The translations under genes and the position numbers were made by a program. The notes under the pieces were generated by a model that made no database searches, was not told where the DNA came from, and saw only the letters and a program-made list of their open reading frames with translations. Positions 1-12,414 of a stretch of DNA of 64,000 nucleotides are shown piece by piece. How positions within the stretch are numbered: the first letter of the stretch is position 1; the number at the start of each line of letters is the position of its first letter. The stretch lies in NCBI RefSeq assembly GCF_009914755.1, contig NC_060939.1; one strand, 5' to 3'. This DNA comes from the human T2T-CHM13v2.0 reference genome, Homo sapiens.

Positions 1-392
1 TAAGTCTAGCTTACAGTTTGTTGGTAAAGTTCTGCAGTACTGAATTAAAAGCCTAACCAAACCTTAATTACAGTATATCACCAACTTTTCAACCTTTTAA
101 CCAAGAAACTGACAAGTAATGATCTTTATGTAAAAAAATGCTAATTTCCACGTAAGAGTCTTTAATATTTGAGAAGCTGATAAAAAGTTATATAGAACAC
201 TTTAAAACAGCCATAAACCAATCCAAGAAAATAGTTCTATTAATATTCTTGGCTTTGACTTTACTTAAGAAGATGTCTGATAACTTCCCCTAAAAAACAT
301 CTGAGCAATTGAGAAATGAAAACTGCCATACGGAATTGAAATCAGTAAACACAGTACAGAACCCAGAACTTGATAAACCTTAACAGTATTAC

Positions 393-535
393 CTTTTTAG
401 CACTTTCGGGACCTGATTCATCAAAGCGAAATCTGACAATTCTGAAATCTTTACAATAAATAATTAACTCTGTTGGATTAAATTTCAGTTTCTGGTTGGG
501 GCCTAGGACTTTCTGCTTCCTCTTGTGGTCGTTTA
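393..535 (-). CDS. MTMR10: MTMR10 coding exon 5 (VNDHKRKQKVLGPNQKLKFNPTELIIYCKDFRIVRFRFDESGPESAKK)
   Basis: AG acceptor 537-536, GT donor 392-391; 143 nt, phase 1 in, phase 0 out; continues the exon 4 frame; recognised myotubularin-related protein 10 N-terminal region. Confidence 0.95.
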
Positions 536-1009
536 CTAAAAAAGAAAAAAAAATAGAGAAAATAAAATGCGTAACAGTTATTTGTTACTCACCCTTTAAT
601 ACAAATTCTTAGTGAAAATAATTGGAAGGTCACCCAACATTTGAGCTCTGCTTGTCTAGAATGTTTCATACTTGTAATTCCTAGAACTTGGGGGTTGGTT
701 TTAACTTTGCTTTGGAAGATATTTTAAATGATTATTTGCATAAAACCACCATCTAGACACATTTAATGATTAATTTTAATTAAAAAGAGGACAAAAAACC
801 TAGAAACTATGAAAAGTTATACATTTTATATCTTCCTTTTAAAATAATTTATTAACATATCCCTCTTTATGTTCCCGGGACTCAAAAAAACGGCAAAAGT
901 AAACTTACAGAAATAAAACGCCAATCCAAGTATTTTGAGAGGTATGACTTTTCAAATAATACTTCCAGAGTGGAATTGACTTTTAGAGTATGTACGGAAT
1001 ACTACGTAC

Positions 1010-1082
1010 CTGTGACAATTTGCTCAATACATGTTAAAGGGACATCGTGTTCACCAAGAAGAAGGTTTCTGTAATGGAATTT
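1010..1082 (-). CDS. MTMR10: MTMR10 coding exon 4 (KFHYRNLLLGEHDVPLTCIEQIVT)
   Basis: AG 1084-1083, GT 1009-1008; 73 nt, frame consistent with neighbours. Confidence 0.95.
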
Positions 1083-2204
1083 CTGGAATAAAAAATTATG
1101 TTCATATTAATTCTTTTCCCAATAATCTCACAATGGTAGTATAAGCCTTAAACTGTGATGATAAACTGTGACAGTTATCTCTAAAAAGCACAAAAAGCTT
1201 TTGTCTAGGTAGCTAGGGCCATTCCAATGTTGACAGATAGAAATTAGGTTAAAATGTACACAACAATCTTATTATAATACCTAAGATAGGGAATATCATC
1301 AATCACCTTACCAGCAAGCATTTGCATGTCTAGATCTGGATAAGCTGGCCACAACATATTAAAGAAAAAAGGGCTCTTAGGTCATCAGATTTTAAGTGGG
1401 TAAAATCATGTTTGATTTTCACACTGAAGATTTTAAAGTGCAAAATAACTATCTTTTTAAAGCACAAAGTCTACTAGAAATAAAAACCATTAGAAAAGGT
1501 TTTGCATGTTCAAACTAAGGACGTAGTTAACACTATCAATCTGCTGTCAGTAGGGCACTGGTTTACTTTTTCCTAATAGTGGTACTGGATTTAAGCTGTT
1601 CCAGGTATCTGCTTCTCATTTACAGTGAAGTCTGGGGCCAATGATCATTATGAAGCTAAAAACAAAGAGAAACACACAAGCCTATATCCAAATAAGCTAC
1701 TGTCCCTACACAGTGGGTATCTTTAAGTGCCTTAAATTTAGTCTAAATATACCTACATAAGACTGTAATGAACACACAAATATACAGTACAATAAATATT
1801 TGTACAGTATAATAATTATGGTAAATTAGTGAGTGACTACATGAAATATACTTACACTAAACTATTAGATCCTTAAATTTAAAAGTTTACAGTTCATATA
1901 CCAATATTTCATTAAAGAACAATTACTATAAAGAAAGATCTAGGGGTAAGTGTGTATAATACTTTATAAAACAAAATACAAAATGGCTGACAGAAAAGTC
2001 CAGGGTTTTTAAGTTAATCAAATGAATGCCTGAACTTCTAAAAACCAAAATTACATGGAACTATTACTTTCCAGTAAGAACATAAAATAGCAAGAGGGCT
2101 ACTGAAAATTTTTAAATCGATACTATTCTTCACTCTTCCTAGAAATTAGAATTTAACTTTTTAGGAAAATAACTCTAATTAGTTTAAAAAAAAAAAAAAA
2201 AGGT

Positions 2205-2525
2205 AGCTGGGTGCAGTGGCCTGTACTCTGGCACTTTGGGAGGGGGAGGCAGGCAGATTGCTTGGGCTCAGAAGTTCAAGACCAATCCGGGCATCATAAC
2301 AAAACCCCATCTCTACAAAAAAATACAACAGTTAGCCGGGAGTGGTGGCATGCACCTGTAGTCCCAGCTACTCAGGAGGCTGAGGTGGCAGGATAGCTTG
2401 AGCCCAGGAAGCAGACAGAGGTTGCAGTGAGCCGACATCATGCCACTGCACTCCAGCCTGGGAGACAAGACAGAGCGAGATCCAGGCTCAAAACAAAAAA
2501 ATCAAAAACCCAACAACAAAAAAAC
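2205..2525 (+). mobile_element. Alu (old, AluJ-like)
   Basis: Diverged two-arm Alu with A-rich tail. Confidence 0.85.
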
Positions 2526-2897
2526 CTATGAAATCACTAAAATGTGTGGCATTTATAAAATCATTTAGCAAACAACCTTTTCTCTTTATGTCATTTTTAT
2601 AAGCAGGTTAAAAGATCTGCAACAGAGGGAATAACTTCCTTAATGAAAAGGACATATAATGAACGATCACAGAGGATAAATAAAGCAAGGTGACTTACAA
2701 TCCTCTCACTAATACTCCTCTAGCAAGTTCCAACATTCTTCTTAAACTTTACTTTAAATCTTAATATAATTTATCCCAAACATTGCATTACCTAATACTT
2801 CTACTATAACTTTTCCATACCTATGTTTTATATAATAATATGTACCACTTAGAGTTGAAAGCCTGATAGAATGAAACAGTGTACTAATAAAACACAC

Positions 2898-3034
2898 CTG
2901 TAATGGCATTGGGTCATCTGTAATAAAGGAGATTTTGAAGTTACTGCATATCAGCTTTCCCCACAAATCGTACTGGCTTGTGTCTGTTGCAATGCATTTT
3001 CTCACAAAATTGACTTCATTTACGACAATTTCTC
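2898..3034 (-). CDS. MTMR10: MTMR10 coding exon 3 (GEIVVNEVNF...DDPMPLQ)
   Basis: Core of ORF 2754..3083; polypyrimidine tract plus AG 3036-3035, GT 2897-2896; 137 nt. Confidence 0.95.
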
Positions 3035-4249
3035 CTTTAAAAAAAGAAAAATATTTGTAAGGTACTTTGTCATAAAATACCAACGGTCTTTGTGGGACCT
3101 AGAAGGAGTGTTTCATGAGGGCAAGGATGAGGATAGTGAAAACATTCACCAATTGCCCACCAGGTGCCAGGCACTGTATGGTCATAAAGTGAATAGTAAT
3201 GACAAGGCATTGTTCTCCAAGGCGTAAAACTGAGGCAAAAATAGCTCAGGGGTCTGAGCTGGTTGAACCAGAAAGGCTGACTTCAGTGTACTTTTTTCCT
3301 ATGCCATACTACCTCTCATTATTTATCTGCTGGAAGACTTTCTGGAGAAGAAATAAACTACACCTGCTCCTTCAGAGTATTACTTGATGGAATATTTGTG
3401 TTTTATTAACACATGACTTGATCTCTCAAACCAATGCCTTTGATTCCTTTTGTAAGGAATGAGAAACAGAGCTCAGCTTCACTGAATGTAAAATGTATTC
3501 CATAAAGCCAAATCAAGTTTCCTTCTGCACTCAGATTATAACTTAGTAGGCAACAAAACCTTAAAACGTAGTTTGAGTTAAAAGAAAAGATTAAAAGAAA
3601 TAAATATAAGAAACCAATATAAAAGTTATAATGTACTTTTGAAAGAATACTTTTCTACAATTTATTTAAAGCTTGGTCATCATTAAACCTTAATTTCAAG
3701 ATCTAAAAGTCAACTAGACGCAGAACATTTTAAGCCATCTGTCTCCAGGGTCAATGGTAGAAAAGTGAGTGTACTGATCCACTTTGCCTATTTCTTTCAT
3801 TATAAAAACCTTTAGCCCGATAGAATGTTTGCTGACAAACTCCAAACTCCTACCAATTCATGAAGAATGGAACTATAGTCTCAAAACAATCCTCTCTTTA
3901 ACAAATAGGTTATAACAAATTTGAGCTGCAATAACTTTTATTCGAAGTTCTTAAAAATGTACAAGGCTAGTTTTAGTAACTGCCCCTTAACATTTACCTA
4001 AAATCTGCTCATGTCAAATTCACAGTGCCAACAGCTTGAGTTAACTTCCACTTTGAAGACAAGCCTCCCTCTCATGGCTGGGAGCCCTGCATACCCAGCC
4101 AGCTACCAGCCTTCCTCACCCTCACTGCTCTGCCCACAGTGGTGGCCTATTAATCCCTCATGGGACCATGCTTCTTCCCATTTCATGGAATATTCTTTTC
4201 TTCTACCTTAGTCCAACCACTGTCTAGGGAATGCCTCTTTAAAAAAATC

Positions 4250-4485
4250 TTCCTATCTAGTTTACATTCACATATCGAAGCATTGTATTTCCAGCACTCA
4301 TGATAGCTACAATTATATTTATATATTTTTAAATTAATGCCTGCATTACCCTCAGGATTATATGCTCCATGAGGGTAGAAGATGGACTGACTTTATTCAC
4401 TGCTGAAATGTTAGTGCCTAGAACAGTGTCTGGCACAGGGTAGGTGCCTGTGAAAAGAGTGCTGAATGCAAGAATGAATAAAATC
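4250..4485 (+). mobile_element. L2 3' end remnant
   Basis: gtgcctagaacagtgtctggcacagggtaggtgc...gaatgaataaa, typical L2 terminus. Confidence 0.6.
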
Positions 4486-4659
4486 ACTTCATGACACTTG
4501 GTTCTGTCCACCATGAGTTGGGCAGAAGTTGTTCTAGATAAGAGAAACTAGTAATTCAATATGGCTAAGCAGCCAAGCTGGCTGGAAGATAAGGGCTGTT
4601 TGGGTAAATGATATGTAAGTTAGAGAAGAGTCACAGAACTGCCACTGCTTGCCTACATA

Positions 4660-4870
4660 TGCATTAAAGAGCTATAAATAGGACATCTGTCCTGTCTGAT
4701 TCTTTCAACAACCTGTAAGGTGAGGAAGGCAGATGGTTTCCTTAATACACAGATAAAGGATTTGCACCCAAAGAGGTTAAATCACTTTCCTAAGATCTTA
4801 AAAAGAAGTAGTGGACTTCGCACTTATAACCAAGTGTTCTGACTTCAATTCCCATAGTCTTTCCCTATAA
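4660..4870 (-). mobile_element. MIR remnant
   Basis: cacagataaggatttg...agaggttaaatcactttcctaag resembles the MIR core. Confidence 0.5.
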
Positions 4871-5363
4871 TTACATACAATTAAATGTACTGCAGTGTAG
4901 CAAGTACCAAAACTTATTAAAGTTCAAATATTGGCCTTAACTGAATTCTAACGAGAAAAAAAATTTAAGATGACCAAATATATATATATATAGACGCACT
5001 GAGTAATTCAAATACATAAAATTTAAATCTTCTTTGGCTCCTTGAACATAAACCTCACCAATTCCCATATCAGATTCTGGGCCACTGAATACTCAACCCT
5101 TTCTCCTCTCCAGTAAATCTTAGATATGAATTGTAAGCAGGCCCTCAATTTAAACAACTAAACTAACCATGCCAGTTCAGATAGAGGACACAGCCCTGTA
5201 ACAATGACTTCTTTACACGGAATCATCACATACTGTGCCACCTTAGCAAACTCATCTAAAAACAGACTCTTCAAACCTTGCTACAAAAATTCATCCACTT
5301 CTAAGACTTATGATCCACACAAACTTGTTATGCATGTTATACTCAAATAAAAATTCACTTAAA

Positions 5364-5648
5364 GGCTGGGCGTGGTGGCTCACATCTATAATCCCAACAC
5401 TTTGGCTGAGGCGGGTGGATCACCTGAAGTCAGTTTGAGACCACCTGAGCCAACATGGTGAAACCCATCTCTATTAAAAAAAAAAAAAATTTAGCCAGGC
5501 GTGGTGGTGCGCCAGGCGTGGTGGTGCGCACCTGTAGCCCCAGCTACTTGGGAGGCTGAGGCAGGAGAACTGCTTGAACCCAGGAGGTGGAGGTTGCAGT
5601 GCACTCCAGACTGGGCAACAGAGCTAGACTCCATCTCAAAAAAAAAAA
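5364..5648 (+). mobile_element. AluS with internal 17-bp tandem duplication and small deletions
   Basis: Alu consensus match; TSD-like (t)tcacttaaa on both sides. Confidence 0.9.
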
Positions 5649-5920
5649 TCACTTAAACAAACAAACTACCATATGATTTCAGGTTCCTGAGAAGGGAAGC
5701 AGAAGTAATAACAGGAAGGAAGAGACAGAGCTTGTGTGGCAGAGCCTTGTGGCCACACTAGTACCATAAACAAACTGTATTTAGGAGTCAAACGCCCATG
5801 GACAGCCCTTCTTCTCTAGAAGCCAGATTCTTTTACTGATGCACGAATGTTAACGTATCAAGCCTATGAACGCAGTGAGAATGAGACAAAGAAGAGGAGG
5901 AGAATATACTTAATGGGTCC

Positions 5921-6134
5921 AACGGATGGTAAACCATGGCCCACGGGCCAAATACAAAACCTTGTTTTTGTAAATGAAATTTTAGTAAGACATAGCCATA
6001 CTCATTTGTTCATGTGCCATCTATGGCTGCTTTCACAGGACAAAGACAGAGCTGAGTACTTGAAACAAATACCTTATGGTCCGCAAAGCCTAAAATATTT
6101 ACTGCACTTCACAGAAAAGGTTTGCTGATCCCTG
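5921..6134 (+). mobile_element. MER58A-like hAT-Charlie DNA transposon
   Basis: ggcccacgggccaaat...gcaaagcctaaaatatttact...aaggtttgctgatccctg. Confidence 0.75.
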
Positions 6135-6479
6135 TGTTAGAGATAGTTACTGAAGCGACAACTCTTAAAATTATCTGAAACAAGGTTTAGAAGACACAAC
6201 TGGGCATGTCCCATCTGAAAGGTGAGAAGTGAAGCACCTGAAAAGCAGGTGTTTTTGATCTGCAATGTTGTAGCCATTTCAAAGAGCTCTAGAGGACCAC
6301 TCACAGGAGTGATGAGGACAGACAACCTTCCTACTAGAATGTGTCCATGCAAGTCAAGTCAAAAGATCCCTTTCTCACCAATGAGCTACAGCACTCAGCA
6401 GAAAGTAAATATGGAAACCAGGTTTAACTGCTGTACTGCCCATACTCCATCAACAAAAAGCAAAAGCAAGAATTTGGAA

Positions 6480-8540
6480 ATGAACCCCGAGGGGCTAGAT
6501 TAAGAGTTTGAGATAGCAGAATGAACTTATGCTTGCCTTAATAAACATACAAATAGACATGCAGTAACAGATGTGTGTACACCTGGGTTGGTACATGTGT
6601 GTATGTTTTCTAGCTCTGCCCTCTGAAAGTGCTAAAAGCAGTGACGCTCCAGCAACAACATACACACTCAGTACCCAGCTCTTGCTTTTAAAATACCATT
6701 TTCCAATAAAAAGAACTAGGGCTCTTTAGAGAAATGGCTGATTCCAAGGCTGGGGCAGGGGAAACAGAAGATGAGTCTGTAGCCTCTGGTAATGCCAGAA
6801 TACCAGAAAATATGGAAGTGGGGGTGAAGAAAAGCGGGGGGACGGCATTTCCAAAGGATACAAGAGCCAAGATGAAATAACTCTCAATGGCCAAAGCTGG
6901 AACAATCTGAGCAACAAAAGAAATAACAAAAATGCCGGATTAGAAAGTAAATTAAAAAGTATCTGTGAATCCATACTGTTGTCAACAGATGACTGAATAA
7001 TAAATAAATAAATGGCGGAGAAGAGACAAATCTTCCTCACAGAAGAATTCCAATTAATAAATGTAGGAGGAATAAGGAAACAAAATCATGATTAGAACAT
7101 TACAGTAAAGATCAAGAAACTATCATGGACTCAATGTCATAGACTGAATGACTGCTGTGTGCAACATGCATTGATGAATGCTAAATTCAGAGAGCCAAAC
7201 TTTAAGGAGAAACAGGTTATTTGTATAAGCACAAAGCTATCTTCCCAAAAGTATTGACTAATTACTGTGGTAGTTTTAAGGTATGCCCATAAATTCGTGA
7301 TTCTCCTCTCTCCAGGAAGTGGAGCTTAATTCCCAATCCCTTGAATGTGGGCTGCACTTAGTGATTTGTTTCTAACAAACAGTACAGAAAAGGAAAAACA
7401 GTCACTTTCTAGAGGAGAAACCTGACAGATATCACTTTAACCTGAAGTGATCGAGGTTAACCTCACCAATAACCAATCATGTTGATGTCTTGTGCCTGCT
7501 CACATGACACAAGGGCAAAGGATACCACCTCTGTGGGTCTTTCCCAAAATCCATAACCTCTGCTTAATCAAAAGAAAACATCGGACAAATCCAAACCAAG
7601 AGGCATACTACAAGACACTACCTGAATAATAATCTTCCAAAGCGTCAAGGTTTTATTGGGGAATCTAAGGAAAGGGTATCCACAGATTCTTCTGTTATTT
7701 GCAACTTTTCTCTAAGTCTGAAATTACGTCTACATTTTTAAGTCAATTTGATGACGTTTCTAGGGGGTGGTTTGTTAGAACAGAAATCTAGTAATTATAA
7801 AATTTTTCCTTTTGTAGTAGTATATTTCTATGTTTAAAGAGCTTTAATATGTATTATTTGAGGCAAAATAAAAATCTCATTCTCATGCCTGTAATCTTAG
7901 CACTTTGGGAGGCTGAGGCAGGCAGATCACTTGAGGTCAGGAGTTCGAAACCAGCCTGGCCAACATGGTAAAACCCCGTCTCTACTAAAAACACAAAAAA
8001 TTAGCTGGGCCTGGTGGTGCGCACCTGTACTCCCAGCTACTCAACAGACTGAGGCAGGAGAATCGCTCAAACTCGGGAGCTGGAGGTTGCGGTGAGCGGA
8101 GATCACGCCACTGCACTCCAGCCTGGGTGACAGAACAAGACTCCATCTCAAAAAAAAAAAGAAAAGAAAAAGAAAAAAAAAGAAAATCAAATTCAATAGA
8201 AAAAAACACGTCAAGGTCTTGAAAGATGAGATGAAAAAGCTGTCACAGACTGAGACATTGAGAATAAGGAGACACGACAACTAAATGCTATGTAGTATCC
8301 TGGATGTGAACCTGAAACAGGTAAAGAACATTTGTGGAAAAACTAGGGAAATACGAATAAAACCTGCAGTTTAGCTAATAGTATTGTTGGTTTCTCAGTT
8401 GAGCTAAATTCACCAAGGTTACATAAGCTATTAACATTAGCGGAAGCTGGCTGAAGAGTTCACATTAACTCTATCCTCTTTTGTACAACTCTTACAAATT
8501 CAAATTCATTCCAAAATAAAACTACTAAAGAAGAAAATAA
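6480..8540 (+). mobile_element. Old L1M (L1MC/MD-type) 3' UTR, interrupted by an Alu
   Basis: aaagaactagggctctttagagaaatggctgattccaaggctggggcagg and the 3' end ...ttccaaaataaa match L1MC/MD 3' ends. Confidence 0.65.
7881..8183 (+). mobile_element. AluS, slightly 5'-truncated
   Basis: Alu consensus match with poly(A) tail. Confidence 0.9.
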
Positions 8541-9745
8541 ACAAGAGACACAACATTAACAACAGCCAAAAAAAAGAAAAAAGAAAAAAAAAGTGAAAGA
8601 AGGACTCTCTGGGCCAGGGTCTTTTAAGCGCCACACAGCCTTTTCTTACAGAATGGAAATGAGCCCTTGGAAGAGAGCAAAGAACAGAAGTACAGAGGGA
8701 TACAGGGGAAGAAGAAAGAAAAGAAGGGCACTTCTGAGGATATGCTACAATTGGGTCTTCCTATTACAATAATTAAGTGTCGAGTTAGTGACATGAGTTT
8801 TATTTGATAATGCTAAATTTTGTTCATGCAGAACCAGTCTTTAAAATATTTGGATCATGTAGCACAGCTGTCTGCTCACGTAAGTCATTTGTTCATAATT
8901 TTAAAAAAAAGGAATGCTGAAGAGGAGCTGTCATAAGCTCCTGCCATGCACTGAAACACTGTGGGCCAGAAAACTAGCTTATACACAGGGAAGAAAAAGA
9001 AGACACAAAGTGGCCTCTTCCCAGATAGGATATATAAAAAGAAGGTACTGAGACTGCTCTTGTTCACATGTTAAATTAAGTGACCTTGAAGAGAAAACTC
9101 CGAATAAAAGCTTCAAAGCTCTAGAGGATCTGAAGTTTTCAGGGAGACTATACGCCTGTGCTTTTTATGCAGTAAAAGGGTGGTGTGCTAGAGACGGCTG
9201 GCTGGCCTGCTTGTGAGAACCCACCAGACTCCTCTCTCCCAGCTCTGTGCTATGCCATCAGCCACGGTGGGACCATTTACAGCACCAAGCACTTCCCAGG
9301 ATGCCACAAGGAAGCCTCATGAAGCCAGAAAAAGCAGGAAATTAGCTTCAGTGTGCGGTAAGCAAAAACCTTCTAAATTAGAGGATGATGAGCCAAAGGT
9401 TTCTACTAACACCTGGGAAGAAATCAAGAAATCCAAGTTTATTTTCTCAAGACCCTTTCATCTGTAAATATAAATAAGAAGGGAAATGCAATGACAGTTA
9501 ATAAACCTCCAAATGATATGGCTAGGAAAGTTTTTAACTCCCTGAGGACCTCAAAACCATGTTGTATTATCTTTCCTAACACCTTATACATTTAGAAATT
9601 CATCACGTTTGATGGACAGAAATAATGTTTCCCATACATTTTAGGTTGGAACACAGTTTAAGGCAAAGTCTCACGGCACACGTGGCTAATTAACCTGTGG
9701 GATGTGTAGAGGCCAAAAGCATAACTTAACTTGGGCTTTTAACAG

Positions 9746-9856
9746 TAGGGTGACTGCCCCAGTTTGTCTGGGACAGAGGGGTTTCCCTGGGATGTGGTAT
9801 TTTTAGCACTAAAACCAGGACAGTCTCAAGCAAACTGGGACAAGCTGGTCACCCTA
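9746..9856. mobile_element. MER81-like hAT-Blackjack MITE
   Basis: Terminal inverted repeats TAGGGTGAC...GTCACCCTA, about 111 bp, internal gagggg tttccctgggatgtgg...cactaaaacc. Confidence 0.8.
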
Positions 9857-11559
9857 GCTTTAGGTAAATTCAGGAATTAAAGTGGCTCAAAAGTTATCAC
9901 AGGAAATTGAAACTATGTGGAAGATAAACACAAATCTTTAATGCTGGTACTAACACACAATGTAAAAAAGCAAGTACCAAGTCCAGTGAGTAGCACTCAG
10001 GATAGGATGGGGCAGGAGGAAGGGTATAGTGCCGATCTCAGGAAAAATTGTAGAATGAAATCTTGAAGGAAGAAGAGCACTGAGATAGTAGAGAATGTGT
10101 GATAATAACAGTAACAAGGTCCTAAATAAGGAATAAGGCATCTGGAAGAGACCAAGGAAGCGGCATGATTGAAGCAAATATCAATATTGGGAAATACTGA
10201 GAAATGAAGTCAGTGAGGTACAGTGTTAGCAAATTACAAGGTTAAAGAATTTGGATTTTATCCTGCTTAAGTAGGATTTTATTTATGGAGGTTCATGAAC
10301 GGTGTTGACAACGATAGTGAGTAGTTTGGAGGGGTAAGAAAATGCTGGCCTAAGGTACTGCAGCAAAAGCCTAAGGAATGGACAGCTCCAAACATTCCTA
10401 AGGCTCTACGGGTAAGGTATAAAGCTAATGCTAAGATAGTACAGTTACACTGTTCACTGTTCTGAGGGTGTGTTACAAGTCCTTTGGTCTTTCAAAAACA
10501 ATGCATTCACAAATTAAAATACTACAAAAATCAGTCTACAATCATTTATGAAGCCTACCTACAAAAAGGAATTACATAAAACACTTGAAAGATAAAGTCT
10601 TTGCCTTTAAGGAATTAACAACCCAACTGAGGAAATAAGACGTATGGTGAGACAGAAAACAAGAACAGTACGGGCCAGTGAGCTTGTAAAAAATAAACAA
10701 GACATCTATACAACAATGGCTATTTTCATTTCCCAGATGGCCCATGGTTGTATGCTTTTCTGATCCGATTACAAAAGACTCTGACAATCACTGCATTCAT
10801 TATCTAATAGTTAATCTCAAGAATGAAAGTGCTGTGAGCACTGTAGATGCGAACAGGGAAAGAACTGAGCTGACGCACAGCCTCAGCACAGGGGCCCAGG
10901 CTCAACGGGCACTCAAGATTCAGAGCACAAGCATTTGTTTCCAGAGATCTTTCTTGACACCCCTGCCCTACTCCAAATCTGGCTTAGGTGACCTTCCTCT
11001 GAGCTCTTACTACTTTTTCTCTCCTCTACTGAAGCATCTCTCCAGTGAACTGAAACTGTCTAAGAACAGGATCCCATCTCCTCAGCATTTTACCCTTCTG
11101 CCAAACTGCATCAAGCACACACTCAATACCTGCAGAACAAATTCATTATCGTTAGTCTTGGCATTTCAACTCTTCTCCCTTAAAAAAGAGCATGCCCTGG
11201 GGTGAGAAGAGAGCAAAGGCCATCAAGCCCCACTCACTGCAAATCTTACATCCTCAATACAAAGCTGCTGGCATTTCACCAGACTGTGCTTCGGCACAGC
11301 CAGCAACAGGAAGTCCACTACCTCCCTAAGACATTCCATTTTCTGGCAGCTGAAATTCTCTGAAAGTTCTTCTGCACGCTGGGTCAAAATCTGTCACTGT
11401 TGTGAAAAGGGCAAAGACAAGGACAGAGCTCTTTTTACTTCACTAGAGAACTCCCTCTAGGCTGACATCCAATCTACTCCCCAACAGTTCCAAAGCATAA
11501 ATCTGTACCCTAGTGTCACCAGTGCAGCCAGGTGGGCCGTGCTACTTAGCAGTTAGTGG

Positions 11560-11770
11560 CACAGCCTGGGAGCTGGACAGAGAACTCTGGCTCTGCCTTG
11601 CTAGCTGTGTGACACTGGGCAAGTTACTTAACCTCAGCAAACTATAGTTTTCACATCTGTCAAATGGAGATAAACTGGTATCCTAGCTGACAAGACTGTT
11701 ATGATGATTAATCTGCAAGCTATATTAGTTAAGGATCCTCGTTCAAAGTATGTTCAGAAACATGCCTGGT
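11560..11770 (+). mobile_element. MIR
   Basis: ctagctgtgtgacactgggcaagttacttaacctc...catctgtcaaatggagataa. Confidence 0.75.
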
Positions 11771-12114
11771 AATAGCTTAGCAAAAAGAAGAATACAAGGC
11801 TTTTGTGTCACCTGGCCTGCAAGGACAATGAAACCCAGGGACTTCAACACACATTAGTGCACTTCCTTGGGGTTCTTCACTCTTTTCAACAGATTCTTCT
11901 GGAACTGTGGCCACTTGCAGCATTACCAAAGAGGACCTCTTCCCTTAGTACCAACCTAACAACATCCAGAGGCAGACCTGTGTTCATGCTTGCAGTCCAG
12001 GGTGGGTTATTAACCTTGCTGGCCACACTGGAACCCAAGGTTGGGTGGAGTTAGTCAGGAAAGGATAATTTGTCAAAAGAGGGAGGATGCATTTTTCAGA
12101 GGATGGTGGAAGGG

Positions 12115-12414
12115 GGCTGGGTGTGGTGGCTCACGGCTATAATCCCAACACTTTGGGAGGCCAAGGTGAGCCAATTGCTTGAGCCCAGGAGTTCGAAACC
12201 AGCCTGGGCAATATAGTTGGACCCCATCTCCACAAAAAATACAAAAATTAGCCAGGTGTGGTGGCGCACGTCTGTAGTCCTAGCTACTTGGGAGGCTGAG
12301 CTGTGAGGATCACTCGAGCCCAGGAGGTTGAAGCTGCAGTAAGCCGTGATCACACCACTACAGTCCAAACTGGGTGACAGAGCGAGACCCTGTCTCAAAA
12401 CACAAACAAAAAAA
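12115..12414 (+). mobile_element. AluJ
   Basis: Full-length Alu with J-type diagnostics (gagcccaggagttcg, ggatcactcgagccc). Confidence 0.9.

Noticed and set aside
11284-11299. CTGTGC-TTCG-GCACAG hairpin with C(UUCG)G tetraloop, superficially like the U6 5' stem
   Set aside because: Only 6 bp, on the strand opposite the MTMR10 transcript, and flanks show no snRNA similarity
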